Origin: Eledone cirrhosa
Taxonomy: Eukaryota
Direction of reading: 5' to 3'
Length of the DNA: 64,000 nucleotides
Assembly (NCBI GenBank): GCA_964016885.1
Contig: OZ024759.1
Location: forward strand, 868,001 to 932,000
A program made the position numbers and the translations under genes. Shown one piece after another: positions 1 to 14,600 of the stretch (position 1 is its first letter; the number at the start of each line of letters is the position of its first letter). The notes beneath the pieces are model-generated. The model worked only from the letters and a program-made list of their open reading frames with translations, was not told where the DNA came from and did no database searches.

Positions 1-3000
1 ATATTAGTAACATGACACAGTCTATATTAGTAACATGACAAAGTCTATATTAGTAGCATGACAAAGTCTATATTAGTAACATGACAAAGTCTATATTAGT
101 AACATGACACAGTCTATATTAGTAACATGACAGTCTATATTAGTAACATGACAGTCCATATTAGTAGCATGACAAAGTCTATATTAGTAACATGACAAAG
201 TCTATATTAGTAACATGACACAGTCTATATTAGTAACATGACAAAGTCTATATTAGTAACATGACACTGTCTATATTAGTTACTTGACAAAGTCTATATT
301 AGTAACATGACACAGTCTATATTAGTAACATGACACAGTCTATATTAGTAACATGACAAAGTCTATATTAGTAGCATGACAAAGTCTATATTAGTAACAT
401 GACAAAGTTTATATTATTAACATGACACAGTCTATATTAGTAACATGACAAAGTCTATATTAGTAACATGACACAGTCTATAATAGTAACATGACAAAGT
501 CTATATTAGTAACATGACAGTCTATATTAGTAACATGACAGTCTATATTAGTAGCATGACAAAGTCTATATTAGTAACATGACAAAGTCTATATTAGTAA
601 CATGACACAGTCTATATTAGTAACATGACAGTCTATATTAGTAACATGACACATTCTATATTAGTAACATGACAAAGTCTATATTAGTAGCATGACACAG
701 TCTATATTAGTAACATGACAGTTTATATTAGTAACATGACAAAGTCTATATTAGTAGCATGACAAAGTCTACATTAGTAGCATGACACAGTCTATATTAG
801 TAACATGACACAGTCTATATTAGTAACATGACACAGTCTATATTAGTAGCATGACACAGTCTATATTAGTAACATGACACAGTCTATATTAGTAACATGA
901 CAGTCTATATTAGTAACATGACAAAGTCTATATTAGTAGCATGACAAAGTCTATATTAGTAACATGATACAGTCTATATTAGTAACATGACAATCTATAT
1001 TAGTAACATGACACAGTCTATATTAGTAACATGACAAAGTCTATATTAGTAGCATCACAAAGTCTATATTAGTAACATGACAGTCTATATTAGTAACATG
1101 ACAAAGTCTATATTAGTAGCATGACAAAGTCTATATTAGTAGCATGACACAGTCTATATTAGTAACATGACACAGTCTATATTAGTAACATGACACAGTC
1201 TATATTAGTAACATGACAAAGTCTATATTAGCAGCATGACAAAGTCTATATTAGTAACATGACAAAGTCTATATTAGTAACATGACACAGTCTATATTAG
1301 TAACATGACAAAGTCTATATTAGTAACATGACAAAGTCTATATTAGTAACATGACACAGTCTATATTAGTAACATGACAAAGTCTATATTAGTAACATGA
1401 CACTGTCTATATTAGTAACTTGACAAAGTCTGTATTAGTAACATGACACAGTCTATATTAGTAACATGACACAGTCTATATTAGTAACATGACAAAGTCT
1501 ATATTAGTAGCATGACAATGTCTATATTAGTAACATGACAAAGTCTATATTAGAAACATGACACAGTCTATATTAGTAACATGACAAAGTCTATATTAGT
1601 AACATGACACAGTCTATATTAGTAACATGACAAAGTCTATATTAGTAACATGACAGTCTATATTAGTAACATGAAAGTCTATATTAGTAGCATGACAAAG
1701 TCTATATTAGTAACATGACAAAGTCTATATTAGTAACATGACACAGTCTATATTAGTAACATGACACAGTCTATATTAGTAACATGACAGTCTATATTAG
1801 TAGCATGACAATGTCTATATTATTAACATGACACAGTCTATATTAGTAACAAGACATAGTCTATATTACTAACATGACATAGTCTATATTAGTAGCATGA
1901 CAAAGTCTATATTAGTAACATGACAAAGTCTATATTAGTAACATGACACAGTCTATATTAGTAACATGACAAAGTCTATATTAGTAACATGACACAGTCT
2001 ATATTAGTAACATGACAAAGTCTATATTAGTAGCATGACAAAGTCTATATTAGTAACATGACACAGTCTATATTAGTAACATGACAAAGTCTATATTAGT
2101 AACATGACAAAGTCTATATTAGTAGAATGACACAGTCTATATTAGTAACATGACACAGTCTATATTAGTAACATGACAGTCAATATTAGTAACATGACAC
2201 AGTCTATATTAGTAACATGACAAAGTCTATATTAGTAACATGACACAGTCTATATTAGTAACATGACACAGTCTATATTAGTAACATGACACAGTTTATA
2301 TTAGTAACATGACAAAGTCTATATTAGTAACATGACAAAGTCTATATTAGTAACATGGCAGTCTATATTAGTAACATGACAAAGTCTATATTAGTAACAT
2401 GACACAGTCTATATTAGTAACATGACAAAGACTCTATTAGTAACATGACAAAGTCTATATTAGTAACATGACAGTCTATATTAGTAACATGACAAAATCT
2501 ATATTAGTAACATGACAGTCTATATTAGTAACATGACAAAGTCTATATTAGTAACATGACAGTCTATATTGTACCATGACACAGTCTATATTAGTAACAT
2601 GACATAGTCTATATTAGTAACATGACAAAGTCTATATTAGTCACATAACAGTCTATATCGTAACATGACACAGTCTATATTAGTAACATGACACAGTCTA
2701 TATTAGTAACATGACAGTCTATATTAGTAACATGACACAGTCTATATTAGTAACATGACACAGTCTATATTAGTAACATGACAGTCTATATTAGTAGCAT
2801 GGCAATGTCTATATTAGTGACATGACACAGTCTATATTAGTAACAAGACATAGTCTATATTAGTAACATGACATAGTCTATATTAGTAGCATGACAAAGT
2901 CTATATTAGTAACATGACAAAGTCTATATTAGTAACATGACACAGTCTATCTTAGTAACATGACAAAGTCTATATTAGTAACATGACACAGTCTATATTA

Positions 3001-6000
3001 GTAACATGACAAAGTCTATATTAGTAGCATGACAAAGTCTATATTAGTAACATGACACAGTCTATATTAGTAACATGACAAAGTCTATATTAGTAACATG
3101 ACAAAGTCTATATTAGTAACATGACAAAGTCTATATTAGTAACATGACACATTCTATATTAGTAACATGACAAAGTCTATATTAGTAGCATGACAAAGTC
3201 TATATTAGTAACATGACAGCCTATATTAGTAACATGCCAAAGTCTATATTAGTAGCATGACAAAGTCTATATTAGTAGCATGACACAGTCTATATTAGTA
3301 ACATGACACAGTCTATATTAGTAACATGACACAGTCTATATTAGTAGCATGACAAAGTCTATATTAGTAACATGACAAAGTCTATATTAGTAACATGACA
3401 CAGTCTATATTAGTAACATGACAAAGTCTATATTAGTAACATGACAAAGTCTATATTAGTAACATGACACAGTGTATATTAGTAATATGACAGTCTATAT
3501 TAGTAGCATGACAAAGTCTATATTAGTAACATGACAAAGTCTATATTAGTAACATGACACAGTCTATATTAGTAACATGACAAAGTCTATATTAGTAACA
3601 TGACAAAGTCTATATTAGTAACATGACACAGTCTATATTAGTAACATGACACAGTCTATATTAGTAACATGACACAGTCTATATTAGTAACATGACAAAG
3701 TCTATATTAGTAACATGGCAAAGTCTATATTAGTAACATGACAAAGTCTATATTAGTAACATGACAAGGTCTATATTAGTAACATGACACAGTCTATATT
3801 AGTAACATGACAAAGTCTATATTAGTAACATGACAGTCTATATTAGTAACATGCCAAAGTCTATATTAGTAGCATGACAAAGTCTATATTAGTAGCATGA
3901 CACAGTCTATATTAGTAACATGACATAGTCTATATTAGTAACATGACACAATCTATATTAGTAGCATGACAAAGTCTATATTAGTAACATGACAAAGTCT
4001 ATATTAGTAACATGAGAAAGTCTATATTAATAACATGACACAGTCTATATTAGTAACATGACAAAGTCTATATTAGTAACATGACACAGTCTATATTAGT
4101 AACATGACACAATCTATATTAGTAACATGACAAAGTCTATATTAGTAGCATGACAAAGTCTATATTAGTAACATGACAAAGTCTATATTAGTAACATGAC
4201 ATAGTCTATATTAGTAACATGACAAAGTCTATATTAGTAACATGACGGTCTATATTAGTAACATGACAGTCTATATTAGTAGCATGACAAAGTCTATATT
4301 AGTAACATGACACAGTCTATATTAGTAACATGACACAGTCTATATTAGTAACATGACAAAGTCTATAGTAGTAGCATGACAAAGTCTATATTAGTAACAT
4401 GACACAGTCTATATTAGTAACATGACAAAGTCTATATTAGTAGCATGACAAAGTCTATATTAGTAACATGACAAAGTCTATATTAGTAACATGACACAGT
4501 CTATATTAGTAACATGACAGTCTATATTAGTAACATGACAGTCCATATTAGTAGCATGACAAAGTCTATATTAGTAACATGACAAAGTCTATATTAGTAA
4601 CATGACACAGTCTATATTAGTAACATGACACAGTCTATATTAGTAACATCATACAGTCTATATTAGTAACATGACAAAGTCTATATTAGTAACATGGCAA
4701 AGTCTATATTAGTAACATGACAAAGTCTATATTAGTAACATGACAAGGCCTATATTAGTAACATGACACAGTCTATATTAGTAACATGACAAAGTCTATA
4801 TTAGTAACATGACAGTCTATATTAGTAACATGACAAAGTCTATATTAGTAACATGACAAAGTCTATATTAGTAACATGACAGTCTATATTAGTAACATGA
4901 CAAAGTCTATATTAGTAACATGGCAGTCTATATTAGTTACATGACAAAGTCTATATTAGTAACATGACACAGTCTATATTAGTAACATGACAAAGACTCT
5001 ATTAGTAACATGACAAAGTCTATATTAGTAACATGACAGTCTATATTAGTAACATGACAAAATCTATATTAGTAACATGACAGTCTATATTAGTAACATG
5101 ACAAAGTCTATATTAGTAACATGACAGTCTATATTGTACCATGACACAGTCTATATTAGTAACATGACATAGTCTATATTAGTAACATGACAAAGTCTAT
5201 ATTAGTAACATGACAGTCTATATTGTAACATGACACAGTCTATATTAGTAACATGACACAGTCTATATTAGTAACATGACAGTCTATATTAGTAACATGA
5301 CAAAGTCTATATTAGTAACATGACAAAGTCCATATTAGTAACATGACAAAGTATATATTAGTAGCATGACACAGTCTATATTAGTAACATGACAAAGTCT
5401 ATATTAGTAACATGACACAGTCTATATTAGTAACATGACAAAGTCTATATTAGTAACATGACACAGTCTATATTAGTAACATGACACAGTCTATATTAGT
5501 AACATGACAGTCTATATTAGTAACATGACACAGTCTATATTAGTAACATGACAAAGTCTATATTAGTAGTATGACAAAGTCTATATTAGTAACATGACAG
5601 TCTATATTAGTAACATGACAAAGTCTATATTAGTAACATGACAAAGTCTATATTAGTAGCATGACACAGTCTATATTAGTAACATGACACAGTCTATATT
5701 AGTAACATGACACAGTCTATATTAGTAACATGACAAAGTCTATATTAGTAGCATGACAAAGTCTATATTAGTAACATGACAAAGTCTATATTAGTAACAT
5801 GACACAGTCTATATTAGTAACATGACAAAGTCTATATTAGTAACATGACAAAGTCTATATTAGTAACATGACAGTCTATATTAGTAACATGACAAAGTCT
5901 ATATTAGTAACATGACAAAGTCTCTATTACTAACATGACAAAGTCTATATTAGTAACATGACAGTCTATATTAGTAACATGACAAAGTCTCTATTAGTAA

Positions 6001-8749
6001 CATGACAAAGTCTATATTAGTAACATGACAGTCTATATTAGTAACATGACAAAGTCTATATTAGTAACATGACAGTCTATATTGTAACATGACACAGTCT
6101 ATATTAGTAACATGACAGAGTTTATATTAGTAACATGACATAGTCTATATTAGTAACATGACAAAGTCTATATTAGTAACATGACAGTCTATATTGTAAC
6201 ATGACACAGTCTATATTAGTAACATGACACAGTCTATATTAGTAACATGACAGTCTATATTAGTAACATGACAAAGTCTATATTAGTAACATGACAAAGT
6301 CCATATTAGTAACATGACAAAGTATATATTAGTAGCATGACACAGTCTATATTAGTAACATGACAAAGTCTATATTAGTAACATGACACAGTCTATATTA
6401 GTAACATGACAAAGTCTATATTAGTAACATGACAGTCTATATTAGTAACATGCCAAAGTCTATATTAGTAGCATGACAAAGTCTATATTAGTAGCATGAC
6501 ACAGTCTATATTAGTAACATGACATAGTCTATATTAGTAACATGACACAGTCTATATTAGTAGCATGACAAAGTCTATATTAGTAACATGACAAAGTCTA
6601 TATTAGTAACATGAGAAAGTCTATATTAGTAACATGACACAGTCTATATTAGTAACATGACAAAGTCTATATTAGTAACATGACACAGTCTATATTAGTA
6701 ACATGACACAGTCTATATTAGTAACAGGACAAAGTCTATATTAGTAGCATGACAAAGTCTATATTAGTAACATGACAAAGTCTATATTAGTAACATGACA
6801 CAGTCTATATTAGTAACATGACAAAGTCTATATTAGTAACATGACGGTCAATATTAGTAACATGACAGTCTATATTAGTAGCATGACAAAGTCTATATTA
6901 GTAACATGACACAGTCTATATTAGTAACATGACACAGTCTATATTAGTAACATGACAAAGTCTATATTAGTAGCATGACAAAGTCTATATTAGTAACATG
7001 ACACAGTCTATATTAGTAACATGACAAAGTCTATATTAGTAGCATGACAAAGTCTATATTAGTAACATGACAAAGTCTATATTAGTAACATGACACAGTC
7101 TATATTAGTAATATGACAGTCTATATTAGTAACATGACAGTCCATATTAGTAGCATGACAAAGTCTATATTAGTAACATGACAAAGTCTATATTAGTAAC
7201 ATGACACAGTCTATATTAGTAACATGACACAGTCTATATTAGTAACATCATATAGTCTATATTAGTAACATGACAAAGTCTATATTAGTAACATGGCAAA
7301 GTCTATATTAGTAACATGACAAAGTCTATATTAGTAACATGACACAGTCTATATTAGTAACATGACAAAGACTCTATTAGTAACATGACAAAGTCTATAT
7401 TAGTAACATGACAGTCTATATTAGTAACATGACAAAATCTATATTAGTAACATGACAGTCTATATTAGTAACATGACAAAGTCTATATTAGTAACATGAC
7501 AGTCTATATCGTACCATGACACAGTCTATATTAGTAACATGACATAGTCTATATTAGTAACATGACAAAGTCTATATTAGTAACATGACAGTCTATATTG
7601 TAACATGACACAGTCTATATTTGTAACATGACACAGTCTATATTAGTAACATGACAGTCTATATTAGTAACATGACACAGTCTATATTAGTAACATGACA
7701 CAGTCTATATTAGTAACATGACAGTCTATATTAGTAGCATGGCAATGTCTATATTAGTAACATGACACAGTCTATATTAGTAACAAGACATAGTCTATAT
7801 TAGTAACATGACATAGTCTATATTAGTAGCATGACAAAGTCTATATTAGTAACATGACAAAGTCTATATTAGTAACATGACACAGTCTATCTTAGTAACA
7901 TGACAAAGTCTATATTAGTAACATGACACAGTCTATATTAGTAACATGACAAAGTATATATTAGTAGCATGACAAAGTCTATATTAGTAACATGACACAG
8001 TCTATATTAGTAACATGACAAAGTCTATATTAGTAACATGACAAAGTCTATATTAGTAACATGACAAAGTCTATATTAGTAACATGACTAAGTCTATATT
8101 AGTAACATGACACAGTCTATATTAGTAACATGACAGTCTATATTAGTAGCATGACAAAGTATATATTAGTAACATGACAAAGTCTATATTAGTAACATGA
8201 CACAGTCTATATTAGTAACATGACACAGTCTATATTAGTAACATGACAGTCTATATTAGTAACATGACAAAGTCTATATTAGTAACATGGCAAAGTCTAT
8301 GTTAGTAACATGACAAAGTCGATATTAGTAACATGACAGTCTATATTAGTAACATGACACATTCTATATTAGTAACATGACAAAGTCTATATTAGTAGCA
8401 TGACAAAGTCTATATTAGTAACATGACAGTCTATATTAGTAACATGCCAAAGTCTATATTAGTTACATGACAAAGTCTATATTAGTAACATGACAAAGTC
8501 TATATTAGTAACATGACACAGTCTATATTAGTAACATGACACAGTCTATATTAGTAACATGACAAAGTCTATATTAGTAGCATGACCAAGTCTATATTAG
8601 TAACATGACAAAGTCTATATTAGTAACATGACACAGTCTATATTAGTAACATGACAAAGTCTATATTAGTAACATGACGGTCTATATTAGTAACATGACA
8701 GTCTATATTAGTAGCATGACAAAGTCTATATTAGTAACATGACACAGTC

Positions 8750-11090
8750 TATATTAGTAACATGACACAGTCTATATTAGTAACATGACACAGTCTATAT
8801 TAGTAACATGACATAGTCTATATTAGTAACATGACAAAGTCTATATTAGTAGCATGACACAGTCTAAATTAGTAACATGACACAGTCTATATTAGTAACA
8901 TGACAGTCTATATTAGTAACATGACACAGTCTATATTAGTAACATGACAAAGTCTATATTAGTAGTATGACAAAGTCTATATTAGTAACATGACAGTCTA
9001 TATTAGTAACATGACAAAGTCTATATTAGTAGCATGACAAAGTCTATATTAGTAGCATGACACAGTCTATATTAGTAACATGACACAGTCTATATTAGTA
9101 ACATGACACAGTCTATATTAGTAACATGACAAAGTCTATATTAGTAGCATGACAAAGTCTATATTAGTAACATGACAAAGTCTATATTAGTAACATGACA
9201 CAGTCTATATTAGTAACATGACAAAGTCTATATTAGTAACATGACAGTCTATATTAGTAACATGACACAGTCTATATTAGTAACATGACAAAGTCTATAT
9301 TAGTAACATGACACAGTCTATATTAGTAACATGACACAGTCTATATTAGTAACATGACACAGTTTATATTAGTAACATGACAAAGTCTATATTAGTAACA
9401 TGACAAAGTCTATATTAGTAACATGGCAGTCTATATTAGTAACATGACAAAGTCTATATTAGTAACATGACAAAGACTCTATTAGTAACATGACAAAGTC
9501 TATATTAGTAACATGACAGTCTATATTAGTAACATGACAAAATCTATATTAGTAACATGACAGTCTATATTAGTAACATGACAAAGTCTATATTAGGAAC
9601 ATGACAGTCTATATCGTACCATGACACAGTCTATATTAGTAACATGACATAGTCTATATTAGTAACATGACAAAGTCTATATTAGTAACATGACAGTCTA
9701 TATTGTAACATGACACAGTCTATATTAGTAACATGACACAGTCTATATTAGTAACATGACAGTCTATATTAGTAACATGACACAGTCTATATTAGTAACA
9801 TGACACAGTCTATATTAGTAACATGACAGTCTATATTAGTAGCATGGCAATGTCTATATTTGTAACATGACACAGTCTATATTAGTAACAAGACATAGTC
9901 TATATTAGTAACATGACACAGTCTATATTAGTAACATGACACAGTCTATATTAGTAACATGACACAGTCTATATTAGTAACATGACATAGTCTATATTAG
10001 TAACATGACAAAGTCTATATTAGTAGCATGACACAGTCTAAATTAGTAACATGACACAGTCTATATTAGTAACATGACAGTCTATATTAGTAACATGACA
10101 CAGTCTATATTAGTAACATGACAAAGTCTATATTAGTAGTATGACAAAGTCTATATTAGTAACATGACAGTCTATATTAGTAACATGACAAAGTCTATAT
10201 TAGTAGCATGACAAAGTCTATATTAGTAGCATGACACAGTCTATATTAGTAACATGACACAGTCTATATTAGTAACATGACACAGTCTATATTAGTAACA
10301 TGACAAAGTCTATATTAGTAGCATGACAAAGTCTATATTAGTAACATGACAAAGTCTATATTAGTAACATGACACAGTCTATATTAGTAACATGACAAAG
10401 TCTATATTAGTAACATGACAGTCTATATTAGTAACATGACACAGTCTATATTAGTAACATGACAAAGTCTATATTAGTAACATGACACAGTCTATATTAG
10501 TAACATGACACAGTCTATATTAGTAACATGACACAGTTTATATTAGTAACATGACAAAGTCTATATTAGTAACATGACAAAGTCTATATTAGTAACATGG
10601 CAGTCTATATTAGTAACATGACAAAGTCTATATTAGTAACATGACAAAGACTCTATTAGTAACATGACAAAGTCTATATTAGTAACATGACAGTCTATAT
10701 TAGTAACATGACAAAATCTATATTAGTAACATGACAGTCTATATTAGTAACATGACAAAGTCTATATTAGGAACATGACAGTCTATATCGTACCATGACA
10801 CAGTCTATATTAGTAACATGACATAGTCTATATTAGTAACATGACAAAGTCTATATTAGTAACATGACAGTCTATATTGTAACATGACACAGTCTATATT
10901 AGTAACATGACACAGTCTATATTAGTAACATGACAGTCTATATTAGTAACATGACACAGTCTATATTAGTAACATGACACAGTCTATATTAGTAACATGA
11001 CAGTCTATATTAGTAGCATGGCAATGTCTATATTTGTAACATGACACAGTCTATATTAGTAACAAGACATAGTCTATATTAGTAACATGA
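8750..11090. repeat. Tandem block duplication, period 1,174 bp (2 copies)
   Basis: Markers GTCTAAATT (8862/10036), TAGGAAC (GG at 9596/10770) and ATTTGTAAC (9861/11035) all recur at exactly 1,174 bp. Confidence 0.9.
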
Positions 11091-11649
11091 CACAGTCTAT
11101 ATTAGTAGCATGACAAAGTCTATATTAGTAACATGACAAAGTCTATATTAGTAACATGACACAGTCTATCTTAGTAACATGACAAAGTCTATATTAGTAA
11201 CATGACACAGTCTATATTAGTAACATGACAAAGTCTATATTAGTAGCATGACAAAGTCTATATTAGTAACATGACACAGTCTATATTAGTAACATGACAA
11301 AGTCTATATTAGTAACATGACAAAGTCTATATTAGTAACATGACAAAGTCTATATTAGTAACATGACTAAGTCTATATTAGTAACATGACACAGTCTATA
11401 TTAGTAACATGACAGTCTATATTAGTAGCATGACAAAGTCTATATTAGTAACATGACAAAGTCTATATTAGTAACATGACACAGTCTATATTAGTAACAT
11501 GACACAGTCTATATTAGTAACATGACAGTCTATATTAGTAACATGACAAAGTCTATATTAGTAACATGGCAAAGTCTATGTTAGTAACATGACAAAGTCT
11601 ATATTAGTAACATGACAGTCTATATTAGTAACATGACACATTCTATATT

Positions 11650-14600
11650 AGTAACATGACAAAGTCTATATTAGTAGCATGACAAAGACTATATTAGTAA
11701 CATGACAGTCTATATTAGTAACATGCCAAAGTCTATATTAGTAGCATGACAAAGTCTATATTAGTAGCATGACACAGTCTATATTAGTAACATGACACAG
11801 TCTATATTAGTAACATGACACAGTCTATATTAGTAGCATGACAAAGTCTATATTAGTAACATGACAAAGTCTATATTAGTAACATGACACAGTCTATATT
11901 AGTAACATGACAAAGTCTATATTAGTAACATGACAAAGTCTATATTAGTAACATGACACAGTGTATATTAGTAATATGACACAGTCTATATTAGTAACAT
12001 GACAAAGTCTATATTAGTAACATGACAAAGTCTATATTAGTAACATGACACAGTCTATATTAGTAACATGACACAGTCTATATTAGTAACATGACACAGT
12101 CTATATTAGTAACATGACAAAGTCTATATTAGTAACATGGCAAAGTCTATATTAGTAACATGACAAAGTCTATATTAGTAACATGACAAGGTCTATATTA
12201 GTAACATGACACAGTCTATATTAGTAACATGACAAAGTCTATATTAGTAACATGACAGTCTATATTAGTAACATGCCAAAGTCTATATTAGTAGCATGAC
12301 AAAGTCTATATTAGTAGCATGACACAGTCTATATTAGTAACATGACATAGTCTATATTAGTAACATGACACAGTCTATATTAGTAGCATGACAAAGTCTA
12401 TATTAGTAACATGACAAAGTCTATATTAGTAACATGAGAAAGTCTATATTAGTAACATGACACAGTCTATATTAGTAACATGACAAAGTCTATATTAGTA
12501 ACATGACACAGTCTATATTAGTAACATGACACAGTCTATATTAGTAACAGGACAAAGTCTATATTAGTAGCATGACAAAGTCTATATTAGTAACATGACA
12601 AAGTCTATATTAGTAACATGACACAGTCTATATTAGTAACATGACAAAGTCTATATTAGTAACATGACGGTCAATATTAGTAACATGACAGTCTATATTA
12701 GTAGCATGACAAAGTCTATATTAGTAACATGACACAGTCTATATTAGTAACATGACACAGTCTATATTAGTAACATGACAAAGTCTATATTAGTAGCATG
12801 ACAAAGTCTATATTAGTAACATGACACAGTCTATATTAGTAACATGACAAAGTCTATATTAGTAGCATGACAAAGTCTATATTAGTAACATGACAAAGTC
12901 TATATTAGTAACATGACACAGTCTATATTAGTAATATGACAGTCTATATTAGTAACATGACAGTCCATATTAGTAGCATGACAAAGTCTATATTAGTAAC
13001 ATGACAAAGTCTATATTAGTAACATGACACAGTCTATATTAGTAACATGACACAGTCTATATTAGTAACATCATATAGTCTATATTAGTAACATGACAAA
13101 GTCTATATTAGTAACATGGCAAAGTCTATATTAGTAACATGACAAAGTCTATATTAGTAACATGACAAGGCCTATATTAGTAACATGACACAGTCTATAT
13201 TAGTAACATGACAAAGTCTATATTAGTAACATGACAGTCTATATTAGTAACATGACAAAGTCTATATTAGTAACATGACAGAGTCTATATTAGTAACATG
13301 ACAGTCTATATTAGTAACATGACAAAGTCTATATTAGTAACATGACACAGTCTATATTAGTAACATGACACAGTCTATATTAGTAACATGACACAGTTTA
13401 TATTAGTAACATGACAAAGTCTATATTAGTAACATGACAAAGTCTATATTAGTAACATGGCAGTCTATATTAGTTACATGACAAAGTCTATATTAGTAAC
13501 ATGACACAGTCTATATTAGTAACATGACAAAGACTCTATTAGTAACATGACAAAGTCTATATTAGTAACATGACAGTCTATATTAGTAACATGACAAAAT
13601 CTATATTAGTAACATGACAGTCTATATTAGTAACATGACAAAGTCTATATTAGTAACATGACAGTCTATATTGTACCATGACACAGTCTATATTAGTAAC
13701 ATGACATAGTCTATATTAGTAACATGACAAAGTCTATATTAGTAACATGACAGTCTATATTGTAACATGACACAGTCTATATTAGTAACATGACACAGTC
13801 TATATTAGTAACATGACAGTCTATATTAGTAACATGACAAAGTCTATATTAGTAACATGACAAAGTCTATATTAGTAACATGACAAAGTATATATTAGTA
13901 GCATGACACAGTCTATATTAGTAACATGACAAAGTCTATATTAGTAACATGACACAGTCTATATTAGTAACATGACAAAGTCTATATTAGTAACATGACA
14001 CAGTCTATATTAGTAACATGACAAAGTCTATATTAGTAACATGACAAAGTATATATTAGTAGCATGACAAAGTCTATATTAGTAACATGACACAGTCTAT
14101 ATTAGTAACATGACATAGTCTATATTAGTAACATGACAAAGTCTATATTAGTAGCATGACAAAGACTATATTAGTAACATGACAGTCTATATTAGTAACA
14201 TGCCAAAGTCTATATTAGTAGCATGACAAAGTCTATATTAGTAGCATGACACAGTCTATATTAGTAACATGACACAGTCTATATTAGTAACATGACACAG
14301 TCTATATTAGTAGCATGACAAAGTCTATATTAGTAACATGACAAAGTCTATATTAGTAACATGACACAGTCTATATTAGTAACATGACAAAGTCTATATT
14401 AGTAACATGACAAAGTCTATATTAGTAACATGACACAGTGTATATTAGTAATATGACACAGTCTATATTAGTAACATGACAAAGTCTATATTAGTAACAT
14501 GACAAAGTCTATATTAGTAACATGACACAGTCTATATTAGTAACATGACACAGTCTATATTAGTAACATGACACAGTCTATATTAGTAACATGACAAAGT

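Noticed and set aside
20-42. TATA-like (CTATATTA) or bZIP-like (TTAGTAA, ATGAC) regulatory motifs in each monomer
   Set aside because: Short AT-rich motifs arise by chance and there is no gene context or binding evidence, so they were not annotated as regulatory sites.
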